Below, in pieces: positions 12,801 to 24,456 of a stretch of DNA of 64,000 bases (within the stretch, counting starts at the first letter, position 1; each line of letters begins with the position of its first letter). The DNA lies in NCBI GenBank assembly GCA_965112155.1, contig OZ218100.1; one strand, 5' to 3'. The notes below the pieces were generated by a model. It did no database searches and was not told where the DNA came from. It was given only the letters and a program-made list of their open reading frames with translations. Made by a program: the position numbers and the translations under genes. Origin of the DNA: Podarcis liolepis (taxonomy: Eukaryota).

Positions 12801-14100
12801 CATAGATTGCAAGCGCATTAGGTCTGGGCACCACCGAGTTATAACAATATTGTAGCAATTCAAACTGTCTTAAAACAAAGAGCCTGTTCTTGCTGGAGTC
12901 ATTCAGAACTCAGTCAAACAAGATTCTATTCATGCAAGACTTTTAAGATGGAAATGTATCATACCCCTTTATTCTTGTTTGAAATTCCCAATTGACAGTA
13001 GATTCATTTGGCTGGGCAAAATTTCATACATGCATATATATCAGATCAAGAGTTACTTTATTCAAAGTGGTTTCAACTGGAACTTTACTTGAGCTGTTGA
13101 GTGATAATTATTATACTTGGAGTAGACTGATTGAAATCAATGGATTTCAATGGGTCTATTGAGTATGATGAATGTCAGCCTATTGTGTGTTAGATCTGGG
13201 CCAACAGGAAAGCAAACAAATGACACACTTGCTTTTGATACAGAACCTTCTCTTCTCTGATCTAAAACCTGTTTCTACCATTTGATGACGCTGCACCTTG
13301 ATAGCGCTCTAGTCGCTTTGTAACAAAATTTGAAGAAGGAAAGTGCATATATGGGCAGACAAAGGGTGACACTGTTTATATTATCCAGGGTGGAAAAGAT
13401 GGTGTTCTGGAATTTTGTCCCCCTTACCTATTTCAAATGCTTGCACAAAAAAAGCTCCTTAAAATGGATACTGTTTAAGAGTTTGAAATATTTTCATTTT
13501 TTATTCCTTTCTCTTGGTCAGCTCATGGGCAGCTGGTGATGTATAACCCACTACTTAAGTATTCTTCCACCATGCACTATGTGGAAGAAAAAAGGCAGAA
13601 AAAAGATGTTAGGAGGTATACTGTTCAAAACTGATGCCTAACTTGGTTAAGCAAAGTTGAATTATGCCACAAAAACATGTTAAATTGTTCAGCTTTAATT
13701 TATACTTTAGTCTTTTCTCCAGAGGTTAGAATATGAAAGGGATGTTTTTATGCCTTGACTTCTGGTCTAGTAAATATATTCAGCCTCTATGTTACTGCTC
13801 CCTTAATCCCCCTTGTTCCAATGCCATCTAGTTTTATTTCATCCTGAAAGACAACAGATGAATAACTGAGAAGAACGTGAATGCAAATCTTTGTGGGTTT
13901 TTTATTGAAATCAAATAAAATTTCAAGACAAAAGGTTTTTTCCCCTTAAAGAAAGCAAGAAAATCTGTTTTTGTTCCCACATCTGCTGGAGAGTTGGCTC
14001 AGGTGCAGAAACTAGTGTGGCTTTCCTGTTTTAGCCAGAAGCCTCAGAAACCTACTATTCAAAGTTCTGATTTCAGTAACACAGTTCTTCCTTCTTTTAG

Positions 14101-14255
14101 GTATAATAAAGAATGGAGGTGTGAAACCTAATATCATCCCTTCTTATGCTGAATTAGAATTTTACTTGCGTGCTCCTTCGTTAAAAGAACTCTCCATCCT
14201 GACAGAAAAAGCAGAGAACTGCTTTAAATCTGCAGCCCTGGCCACAGGGTGTGAA
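14101..14255 (+). CDS. PM20D2: PM20D2 coding exon 4
   Basis: ttttag| [52 protein letters not shown] |gtaagg; 155 nt. Confidence 0.96.
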
Positions 14256-15553
14256 GTAAGGTTCATAAAGATTTATTTTGCTTTTAAGTGACAATGTGAG
14301 CTGACTAATAATGATAATATTATTATTTGTTCCCCACCTGTCTGACTGTTGCCTCAGCCACTCTGGATGACTTCTTGGCCAAACCACCCAGGACCTGTTG
14401 AGTGATTTTAGTTGAAAGAAGCATAACATCTACATGTCAGCCTACCCTCTGACAGTTTCCCCCTATAGTTGTGGCTCCAAGCAGGCTAGATTGGGGTGAT
14501 TAGGCCTGTCAAGATGTTTGAAATGGTCTGGTCACCTCTGTCTTTCTCTCATTACAGTGCTTGGAGAAAAAGTTTCAGCTTAGTGCTGCAATGGGAATGA
14601 ATGTGTTTCCATATGTATGTATGTGTTTGTATGTAAGTGGTGGTCTGTGTGTGGTGAGAGCAGGGTGTGCTTGGCCATGACCACAACTGGCATGTGGCCC
14701 TCAGAGGATTGGCCTCAACCCTCAGGCTGAAAAGGTTTATCCATCTCTGAACTAAAACCCAGATCCCATTGAACTAACATCTCAGCATAGCTGATATTTT
14801 GGACTCAACTTTGTCAAGTCTTGGTTCTCAAAAGTGCAAACATACCCAAGTAAGAGCGACCTTTCACATGCTTTTAAATACACAAGGACTCAGCATTGGG
14901 CTGTTTTTCTTTTCTTTCTTTTTTAAAAAAAGCTTCCTTTCTCACTGAACAATTTCTAAGTACTTTTCCTTCTTTGGTATTTTCTTTAAATCATAAAAGT
15001 AGTGAGGAGCCAGAGGGGATTAACCCTGCTTCTAAAGGTTCTACTTCAAAGTAATTTCCAACTGGAGCTCACTTCCATATTCAGTTGGAACTCCCTTCCA
15101 AGAATTTACACAATCTTGGCTCTGTTTTTTTCCATTTGGCATCTTTGGAGCTGACATTCCACATTTCTAATTTATCCTGTTTTGCAAGAAGCTTGCAGTT
15201 GTCTAAGGGCAGGAAGCAGAAAATTGCTTGCTTGTTCTAGGAGATAATGCCACATTCATGCTTCGTATAAATAGGATGTGAAATGCCGAAGAAAGCTAAT
15301 TAGTTCCTAAAAGTGTAATCCTTTGCATGTTTACTTTGAAGTCAGTCACACTGTGAATTGCAGCTTGTTCTCAGGTAAGTATGTTTCAGATTTCAGCCTA
15401 ACACTAAGTCCTATGCATTTTTGAGAGTAAGCCCCTTTGAGTTCAGTGGGGCTGACCTCTGAGTAAGACAAATAGGATTGAGTTGGAGGCCCTTTGGTTT
15501 AGACTTTATCTGGTATTTTTGTATCAAAGCAAATGAATATTTTTCTTCTCTAG

Positions 15554-15686
15554 ATGGAATTAAAAGGTGGTGCAAATGATTACTACAACGTACTCCCTAA
15601 CAAGAGCCTGGAAAAAGCTTACATTGAGAATGGGAAGAAACTTGGCATGGAGTTCATCCCAGAAGATAACTTGACTGGGCTGTCAG
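15554..15686 (+). CDS. PM20D2: PM20D2 coding exon 5
   Basis: ctctag| MELKGGANDYYNVLPNKSLEKAYIENGKKLGMEFIPEDNLTGLS |gtaata; 133 nt. Confidence 0.95.
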
Positions 15687-16252
15687 GTAATAAATAATAA
15701 AACATCCACGTGTTTACATTCATCAGGTTGGCTTTTACTCCTTTTCTATGCATTTCTGGTTGGTTGGTTAGTTTCACTAGAAAATACATTTATAAATCTT
15801 TTAAGAATTTCCCAACAATTGGGAAGTCTGATCAGTTTTTATATTTTAGAGTATCGGAACATGTATCGCTAGGTGAATGCAGAAACAAATTTGAAGGGAA
15901 TTTGAATTTGGTAAGGGAAAATGTAATGGGGCTGTTCTGAAACTTCAATCACACACTTAAATTCATCTTCTTTAAAGCATGGTAACCACATGTTCAGAAG
16001 AACCTGCTAAAAATGTCTACCTTTTTACCATATACTTATTTTCTTGTAATACTCTTAGCATTTTGTTCAACTTCTATGAAGTAAGGACACGTTGAGTTAA
16101 ATGGGCAGTAAACAGTGCTGCTGTGGTTTTGCCATTCCATGGTATCTGTTTTTCATCATAAACCAACATAGGATGTAGAATTGAAAGGCAGTGGATACCC
16201 TACTGTCCATCAACATGCAAGGGATAGGATTGGTAGTCTCTAAGTTAAACTA

Positions 16253-16432
16253 CCGTAGATGGGCAGCTGCAATTTGGCGATTTGTCTTATAAGCCCAGTC
16301 GCCTAATACGTTGGGCAGCAACAGGGGGCGGGCTCAGCTCCGCGCCGCCCATACCCGGTGTATAAGGCGACCCCCGACTTTGGAGAAGATTTTCTGGGGT
16401 TCAAAAGCTGCCTTGTACGCCGGAATCTATGG
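16253..16432. mobile_element. Tc1/mariner-type MITE, partially deleted
   Basis: TA|CCGTAGAT...ATCTATGG|TA termini; internal CCGGTGTATAAGGCGAC / GCCTTGTACGCCGG inverted repeat; CpG-rich. Confidence 0.65.
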
Positions 16433-17194
16433 TATTATTTCAGGACTGCTTGATCTTGATACTGCAGAAAGGAAAAACCCAGTTTATGTGCATGCTATTT
16501 ACGTATATCACTTTTTCTCCAGAACTGTCTTTCCCCCCTCCTTTAAGAGTGATGCCTTTTTCCATTTATGTGAGGAATTGTTGAACTGTTATTTAAGAAA
16601 ACTAAATTCTCTCAACCAAAACCTCCACTCTGCTGTTGGAATCATTTCTGCATTCTGTTTATTTTACCTTGGCAAAGTGAAACATTTATGTTTGGGAGCT
16701 ACCTAATGTACTTGAAAAATGCATTGTGAAATTGGCCTGATTCTGCATCTTATCATTTATCAACTTTCATTGCTAATCCCAAAATATTTATTTTACACCT
16801 AAAAAACCCCCACAACCTGTTGCCTTTGTCTGTGTTATGTGCTCTTTTCTCTGCCATACTTTCTCATGCCGTGGGACAGGAGCTGAGTCTCCTGCACAGA
16901 TTTTTTTCATTTCACTGCGTTTCCAGTGCCTCTGGTTACCTCCATATCACTGTCTTTGTCCAATTCTACAGTTTTGCAGTCAATAAATAAATAACTTTGT
17001 GATCCTGACATTTGGAACAGTATAATAATGCAAAGTGAACAAATGTGCCTAGTTGCACTGTTCCAATTGTAAGCGGCTTTCTTTGTATGAGATCTGAATT
17101 ATTATATTGCTGCAGAGCATGCAGAGCTGAGCAGTACTTACATATATTCCTTTTGGTAGCCTGATCTGATACATTTAAAACTACCTTTTCCTAG

Positions 17195-17302
17195 GTTCTA
17201 CTGATTTTGGGAATGTTACCTTTGTGGTTCCTGGGATTCATCCTTATTTTTATATTGGGTCTGATGCACTAAACCATACCGAGCAGTACACAACAGCTGC
17301 AG
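17195..17302 (+). CDS. PM20D2: PM20D2 coding exon 6
   Basis: tcctag| [36 protein letters not shown] |gttagt; 108 nt; GSTD motif and final His ligand. Confidence 0.96.
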
Positions 17303-17615
17303 GTTAGTGAGTTTTATTTGTGTGTGTGTGTATTCCTCCTGCCCCCCCCCCACCAAAAAATATACAAGAACACTAAGATGGAAATTACATTGAGTTAAAG
17401 GTTTTTCCCAGCTGGCCTATGCTTAGTGCAGCTGAATGGAACATTAAATTGTTCTGGACTGGAATTAATGTGTCTTACCTATGTTTCTGTGGTTATTCTT
17501 ACTAGGTCTTGGACATCCATGTACTGTGTTCCTAGGAATAGTCAGTAATAAATATTTGCTTATTTGCAAAAATTCTAAGTTGTCCTTTACCATATGGTCC
17601 CTGAGTGGGTTATAA

Positions 17616-17705
17616 TAATATAATATAATATAATATAATATAATATAATATAATATAATATAATATAATATAATATAATATAATATAATATAATATAATA
17701 TAATA
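17616..17705. repeat. (TAATA)18 microsatellite
   Basis: Direct read, perfect pentamer array. Confidence 0.98.
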
Positions 17706-18636
17706 AGATAAAATTGCAATGACAAATAAAACTGTTCTAGCCAGCACTTCAGTGGTTAAAATCAGTCAAATTTTCAGAGGTTGTTTGCTCACACTTCTCT
17801 TGAAGTCTGTGCTACACTATTCCAAAAGTCTTGGCTTTTTTTATTGCAGCTGAAGCAACTGGAAATCTTGATGCCTTGCTAGCTGACTAACACTAGCAAG
17901 AGCAAGCACAGGTCTCTCAATGTGCTGCTGACTTAAATCAATCTTTATAGGGTTTTTGTTGTTGTTGTTTTTTAATAAGCTAACCTAAACTCCTGGTGGT
18001 CAGGTGCGGATAACGTTGAAATCTCTTATGCAGATATGCATCTTAAGATCCAGTGATACTCCTACTATGAGAAGTATGTTTGTGGCAGAAATTATGAGAG
18101 GGTAGTGAAGAAACTCTATAAATGTCCACATTTGGGACTTTGATTTATTCACAAGAAGCAATAACTTCAGGCTTACAATGAGCCTGAATTCCTTCTATGA
18201 AACACATATATATGCTAGATGCACTGAAATTGAAAGATGTGCATTTTAATGCAGGAAAAGAAAACATAAAGCTACTTAGGAGAAGACAGTATCTTTTTAT
18301 TCCCAGGGTAATTCAAATTGAATTGTTTTGGAAGGGGAAATGGCCTTTACAAATCCCTTCAGTTATGGTATAGCTATACAGTAAATCCCTTCAGTCTTGA
18401 ATGTGCTGCCTAGCTCTTGGTAAGACCTGCTCCTGTGGCCCTTTCTGAAGGCAGCAGACCAGCTTAAGTTAACTTCAAAAATGGTGGGTTGTTTCTCTTT
18501 GATCCAGCAGGCGCTTCTGTTCAGAATGAGGAGGGAATTGGTTTTGCCAGTCCCTCCCTCCCAATGCAGCCCCCTACCACCACCTCTTTCTTTATTGATC
18601 CCTTATTTTCTCATTTGTGGATTTAATTCTTCCTAG

Positions 18637-18842
18637 GGTCGGAAGAAGCTCAGTTCTATGCCTTGCGAACGGCGAAAGCTTTGGCAATGACTGCTTTGGA
18701 TGTTATTTTCAAGCCAGATCTGCTGGAAAAAGTCAGGGAAGACTTCAGACTGGTGAAACTCAAAGAGGAAGGTTACTTGAATATCCCTGAAAATGGAAAG
18801 GTCTCTGGTCTTGGTATCGGAGCAGCATGTGCATCACGTTGA
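18637..18842 (+). CDS. PM20D2: PM20D2 coding exon 7 (terminal, stop TGA 18840-18842)
   Basis: tcctag| [37 protein letters not shown]...GAACASR*. Spliced CDS totals 1422 nt (473 aa). Confidence 0.94.
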
Positions 18843-20512
18843 AATAGTACAGCATATTACAAATCTAAACACGAAAGAACGTCAAGATTTTTTTCCCTTG
18901 GAATTCTAGGAAATGTTTAATAGCTGGAAAGATGCTTGATATTTTAAGTGGTGCAACTAAGCGACCTCAGAGTACTTTTAAAATATTGCTATTGTCTGAT
19001 ATCATGTAGTGGTCTTAATTTGGCAGACAAAATGAGTGATTTCTCTGCAGTGATTGAAAATGTGCTGAATATTGCAGCTTTGCATACTTTTGGAAAAACT
19101 TTTTAAATGCTATTTACTCTGGTTGGAAAGGAATGTTGGGTTGTCTTCATAGCAGCTGTTCTCTTGCCAAGGAATAGTGAGAGGTGTTGCATGTTTAGCT
19201 TATTGTATGCAGAACCAAATGCAATCCACCAGGACAGGCTTAATATGCTTCATAAATCTATATGTATTTGAACTGAAGATACCAAAGGTTAGGTGGTGGT
19301 TGTTCAAGATGTGCCTAGACTTTCACATTAGAATGGTTTTTCACTCAGTATCTCACGGTCTTTGGTATCTCAACACTTGAACATACCACACTTTCCTCTT
19401 TTGGCCATCTAAATTTTTCTAGAAGGACTATCCTTGTAATCACTTGATGTTTATAGGTGGGCTCCTGACCTCTTGTTCTGCACAATTTCCAAACGCTGTG
19501 TATCCTTTAGTAGTTTTGTGCATAGTATAGAATTATACAGCATACAGATACACCAGAAGAAAATAACTTGTATGAAAATGAGTGTCCAGGAATAAGTTTT
19601 AAAATGAAACCCAAAACTGAGTTTCTTGTGAAAAGTCTTTCTATTTGACACAAATTAAGCAATCACATTGAAGGAGAAGTTAAAACAGTAGGTAGGCGGT
19701 TGGTTTGTTTTTAAGGGTACTGTACAGAATCAAAGAAATACTTGTGCAAACCTGGTACATGAACCCTGCTTTACTGTTTTATTTATGCATAGTGCATTTT
19801 GAAAATGAATGGCTCCAGTCCATTAATGTAGCTGCTGAACAAAGTAGATTGGTAGAACTTGTTATGTTTCACATTCATTTTCCTTTCTGAAATAGAATTG
19901 TCTATAATTTTGTCAGTTTCGCCACCAGTTACTCCCCAGGACCCAAGATGTGTATATTGATGACAGAGATGAGTTGAGGAAAGGGGTGATGAATCCTATG
20001 GATGTTCAAGTTGATACCCAAGTATTTTGGGTGAGCCTCAAATGCATTTGCAAAGGCTAAATGTTGCCATTGTGAGTTGCGTCAGCAGTAGTGGACTATT
20101 TGGGGGCTCAAATTGTTGTATTTCGAGGCAGAGAAAATAGATGGGCTTTTTTCTTCTGCGGAACAAGCAAAAGATGGTGAGAATGTGAATTCTTGGGGCC
20201 TTTGGCAGGTAAAAGGTACTTCTCCTGTAGGGGAGGAATGTGATTCTGTATGGGTTGTCTCTGCCCCTCTCTCCACTGGCAGGAAGTAAAACTTTTTTAG
20301 AGAATATACCTGGGGCAGGGACAATCTCCTATCTCCATTTCCTGCCAACTCCACTGCAGATCATCAGTCAGCTGCCCAAGGTATGGCAAAAGAGAAGTGG
20401 CAGGAACTCTTGGAAGGGATTTTCCATTGTTCTTTGTTCTACTCCTACTCCTACTGGAGTAGCTGGACCTGACAAATTCAGAGGCATTTTAGACAACTCA
20501 TAAGTACTAACT

Positions 20513-20756
20513 TGTGTGGTGTAGTGGTTAAGAGCAGTAGACTCATAATCTGGTGAACCGGGTTCGTGTCTTCGCTCCTCCACATGCAGCTGCTGAGTGA
20601 CCTTGGGCCAGTCACACTTCTCTGAAGTCTCTCAGCCCCACTCACCTCACAGAGTGTTTGTTGTGGGGGAGGAAGGGAAAGGAGAATGTTAGCCGCTTTG
20701 AGTCTCCTTCGGGTAGTGATAAAGCGAGATATCAAATCCAAACTCCTCCTCTTCTT
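20513..20756 (+). mobile_element. tRNA-derived SINE, Squam3(B)-like
   Basis: A-box TGGTGTAGTGG, B-box GGTTCGTGTC, MIR-like core, (CTT)n tail, possible CTAACT duplication on both sides. Highly similar to the copy at 42897. Confidence 0.85.
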
Positions 20757-22901
20757 CTAACTAGGCTGTCTAGATTATTCTTTGCCTATGCTAAGATCAG
20801 CTGTCTTCTAATCAAGCTGGTCTTTGTATTTGGCATATATTAATCTACACACCAAAATTGACTTGAAGTACAATCCTTTGCATGTCTATGCAGAAGTGAC
20901 TCCCATTCAGTTTAATGGGGTTTACTCCCAGGAAAATGCTGCAGGATTGTAACCATAATTATGTAACACACCACTGCCTAAGCTGCATTAGTGGTATCAT
21001 AGCGCACCACTGCCTGTTACTTAAACTAATAGTAGATAAACATATCTTATGCTGAAAGAAAACACTAATTTCCTGTCCTCTTAAGCATAATGTGAAATTT
21101 CCTTTGTAAGTGTTGTAGGGAGCAAACTCTGCACAGAATTTTGTATTCTAGAACAATATAAATGCTGTCTTTATGCCCGCTTGTTTGCCTAAACAATATT
21201 CTGTTTGAGGGTCAAATACTTCCATTATTATGTTATTATTTATTCTTTTTGTCTTGCCTTTCTTCTCAATTTTTACCTGTCAGTTGGTTCAGTAAAAAAG
21301 GCTATTCACATTTTGCTGAGTCAGTTACAAAAGCTCTACTGGTTTAAATGAATATATGACATTATTTTTATTCATAAACAGAAAGAATTGCAGCAAGTTT
21401 AGCAGAGCTTAAGGTATATGCATTTCTGACTGAAGCGCACACATGCTCAAATGCACAAATCTAGGGAGAAACAGAGATGTATATTTTGTACATCACCTGT
21501 AGAAACTGTTCTGAAGACAATTTTTTGAGCTGCACATTTGAATGTTGGAATGTTTTGCAGCAAATTAACATCCATTAGCAAGCACTGGAAGACCATGTTA
21601 GGAAATTATTAACCACAGCACTTATTTTTCCCCACCACCACCAGTGCTGTAAGAAGAGAAGCGGTTTTCTTTTTACCAGCATACAGCTGTTTCCCCAAAT
21701 GTTGCACTGTCCTAACTTGCTAGGGAACAGAAATCATACACAGCTGAATCATGGGCTAGTTAGTAGGCATAGCAAATTTTAATATGCATAACTGTATCAA
21801 ACTTATGCTTCAATACTTTGATCCTGTTAAGAGTTCGGTCAACATCAGAAGAAAATTTTAATCTTACCATGCTGTATTTAGTATTTCAGCTTCTTTCATC
21901 CAGTTAAACACAGTTTTTGCAATAACTCTTCACCTTTTCAGAAGAGGGAGAGAGGCTCTGGAAGGTTGTTTTTCCCTCTAGTAAGCAAGGGCAAGTCGTC
22001 CTCAGTGGGATTTGGAACTGATCAGTACTTGCACTAAAAGGATCAGTGTCTCTTAAGATTCTTGTTATGTCTCCTCATTCAACTGTGTAAGCTTTGCTTC
22101 TGAAAACATTAGTACCAAAGGTGAACTCGATATTTTATTGAGCTCAGGGTTATTTCTGCTCCAACCATATAGCTGTGCAAGTTGCTGCCTAAGCAGGATG
22201 TGAGCAAGATACATTGACTGGAGAATGCTGCATATTTCTGATAGTCTTTTAAAAACCTGGCAAAGACTCCTGTTATAGCTTCACAACTTGCTAAAATTGC
22301 AAACTCAAAAAGGTTGGATCCAGGCGTGCCACTTGACATGAACAGACTGGAACTAACCCAAAGGTTGCAAGACAGCATGGTTAATGTTGTTATGGACCCA
22401 TTGGTCTTGGATTGTTGCTCTGAGTGTGTTCTGTAATGAAAACTTGCTTAGGTGGCAACCGCTAAACAGTGTCATGGGCATTATTTCAATATTTTGCTTA
22501 CTATTCCAAACTTGATTCCTTAGCAGAGGCCTACTTTGCAAGGAGATTTTGGCTGAGACTTTTAGTGGTAGAAGCCATCCCAACCATACTGTATTCCTTA
22601 TCTGAACATGAAAGAAAAGAGGGAAATTGATTTATTGTGAATTCCTGTGTTTCTTGCATGGTTTTTAATATCACAGTTTTAATTTGTTATTTTTTTAAAT
22701 ATATGCATAAATGTTATTTGACAGATCAAACAGCTGGAATCTTACTACTATCATGGGAGAGTACAATTTACCTTTTTTCTGTTTACAAAGCACAATCCAG
22801 TGAGAAAAAACAATCAAGCTGTAGACCACATGGATTGCGCAGCAGTTGCTTTAAAGCTCAAGTGTCAGGAAAAGATCTAGTCTAAGCATAAGGCTACCTG
22901 G

Positions 22902-23065
22902 GTTTCCGGCCAGGCCCATGATCATTGACAGTTGTTCTTCATAGCCCTCCGGGGGCTGCGAGGAAGTTCAGGCAGGGGAAGGAGAAGATTTATGCAATTG
23001 TATTAAATTATAGTATTTGGTTTGATTTGTAATAATCTGGAAAATAATAACAATAATAAAATAAA
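22902..23065 (+). mobile_element. Unclassified short retroposed insertion with A-rich tail
   Basis: Perfect 15-bp TSD CATAAGGCTACCTGG (22887-22901, 23066-23080); tail AAAATAATAACAATAATAAAATAAA. Confidence 0.85.
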
Positions 23066-24246
23066 CATAAGGCTACCTGGAACCATTTATGCAGCCGCAC
23101 ACTCATATTAAAAGGGTCTTCTTGAATGTGAGGCTATCCATGCACAGCATTAGCATGCCATGCCATGCCAGCAACCAATGATCAGAGAGGAAGTGCTTTG
23201 CATAGGCCTCTTGCACGGATCATTGCTGCATGGAGCACCTGTAGGGATACACGATTTCCATGTGACCATGTGGCATGTTGAAATTGTGGGTTAGAGACTG
23301 TATCTGAGATGGTTGAACTTTATGTCTTTTCTTTGTAAGATCAGACGGGTTGGTGTTTGATTTCTTTTGTGTGCGGGTGAGTTGCTAAGGCAGTAAGTCC
23401 CATTGGTTTATAATTTCAGAACGCCTTGTCCAGTAACGTTAGTTTTGTTAGTACGCCATTGCTTATTTCTGTTAATAACGCTGAGGCTTTCTTTACAGTT
23501 CTGATTCTTGTCTAGCAGTTATGCAGTGATTCTGTATGCCAGGTTGGACAGACTTTTTGCCAAGTAAGCCATAAGTAAAGTCTGAAGTGTGAGTGCCATT
23601 TTTGTATATTCCACAGGACGTATATGGCTCCCCCTTACTAGGAGGTGGCTTTTCGTCTAATGTACCAAACTAGATAGTGTGCGCTTCATCACTAGTGCCA
23701 TTTGTGGCCTCTTACACAATGCACTGCTAAATCCTAGGGTTTTGCACTTTCGCTGTAACCTGAATTAACAAGAAAAAGCAACTTTTTCACTGCTTCCTTA
23801 AATAGAATGCAACTTTACAGTAGACAACAGTTATTCTTGGATCTTAAGTAGGACAAGGACACCAGACAAAGGTTTTAGTCAACATTACTTTTAGGCTGCA
23901 AGCTGTTGTAAAGGCATATTTGCTTTTTAGTGTCTTGGCTATTGCTGCTGCACCAAATCTTGTATGCTGTTGAATCTATATACTCAGTTTTGAAGAATGA
24001 AGAGCCTGCAACAGCAGGTTGGTAAAAATGTATATGTAGCTTGGATGGTGAATTTACTTGAACAAATGTAACAGCAAACATACACAAGTATATTTCAAGA
24101 GTTGGTGGTTTTCCTTTTTTTTATACCTTCTAAGGGTTATCTTTGCAAGTGTAATGTTTTGCAGTGAATTCAGGTATTTGAGGAAAAGATACATTCAGGG
24201 GCTGAAGCAGCTTCCTGTGCCATCTGTACACAGAATGTTTTGTTTG

Positions 24247-24456
24247 AATAAAAACTTGAGCTACACTATAAACTTATTGCTATAAAAGTACTTTTGCTAA
24301 ATGTGTTTTATGATTTTCTAGTGAGCCACTGTTGATGCTATCACTTGGTTTTGTACATTCAGCTTTCTTGGTATGCTGTCTGTAAGTACATTCTGGATTG
24401 TAAGAATAAAATTGACTTGCACATTATATTGTGTTTCTCAGGTATATCTTAATAAA
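24247..24456 (+). terminator. Candidate distal PM20D2 polyadenylation region
   Basis: AATAAA at 24247, 24405 and 24451, upstream TGTA elements, and GU-rich TTGTGTTTCTC after the 24405 signal. Confidence 0.4.

Noticed and set aside
18828-18842. C-terminal CASR as a CaaX prenylation signal
   Set aside because: Ser at a2 and Arg at X are poor fits to CaaX specificity.
20513-20585. tRNA-like sequences (also 42897-42970 and 60105-60165)
   Set aside because: These are SINE heads: no complete cloverleaf, and they continue into SINE bodies and tails.
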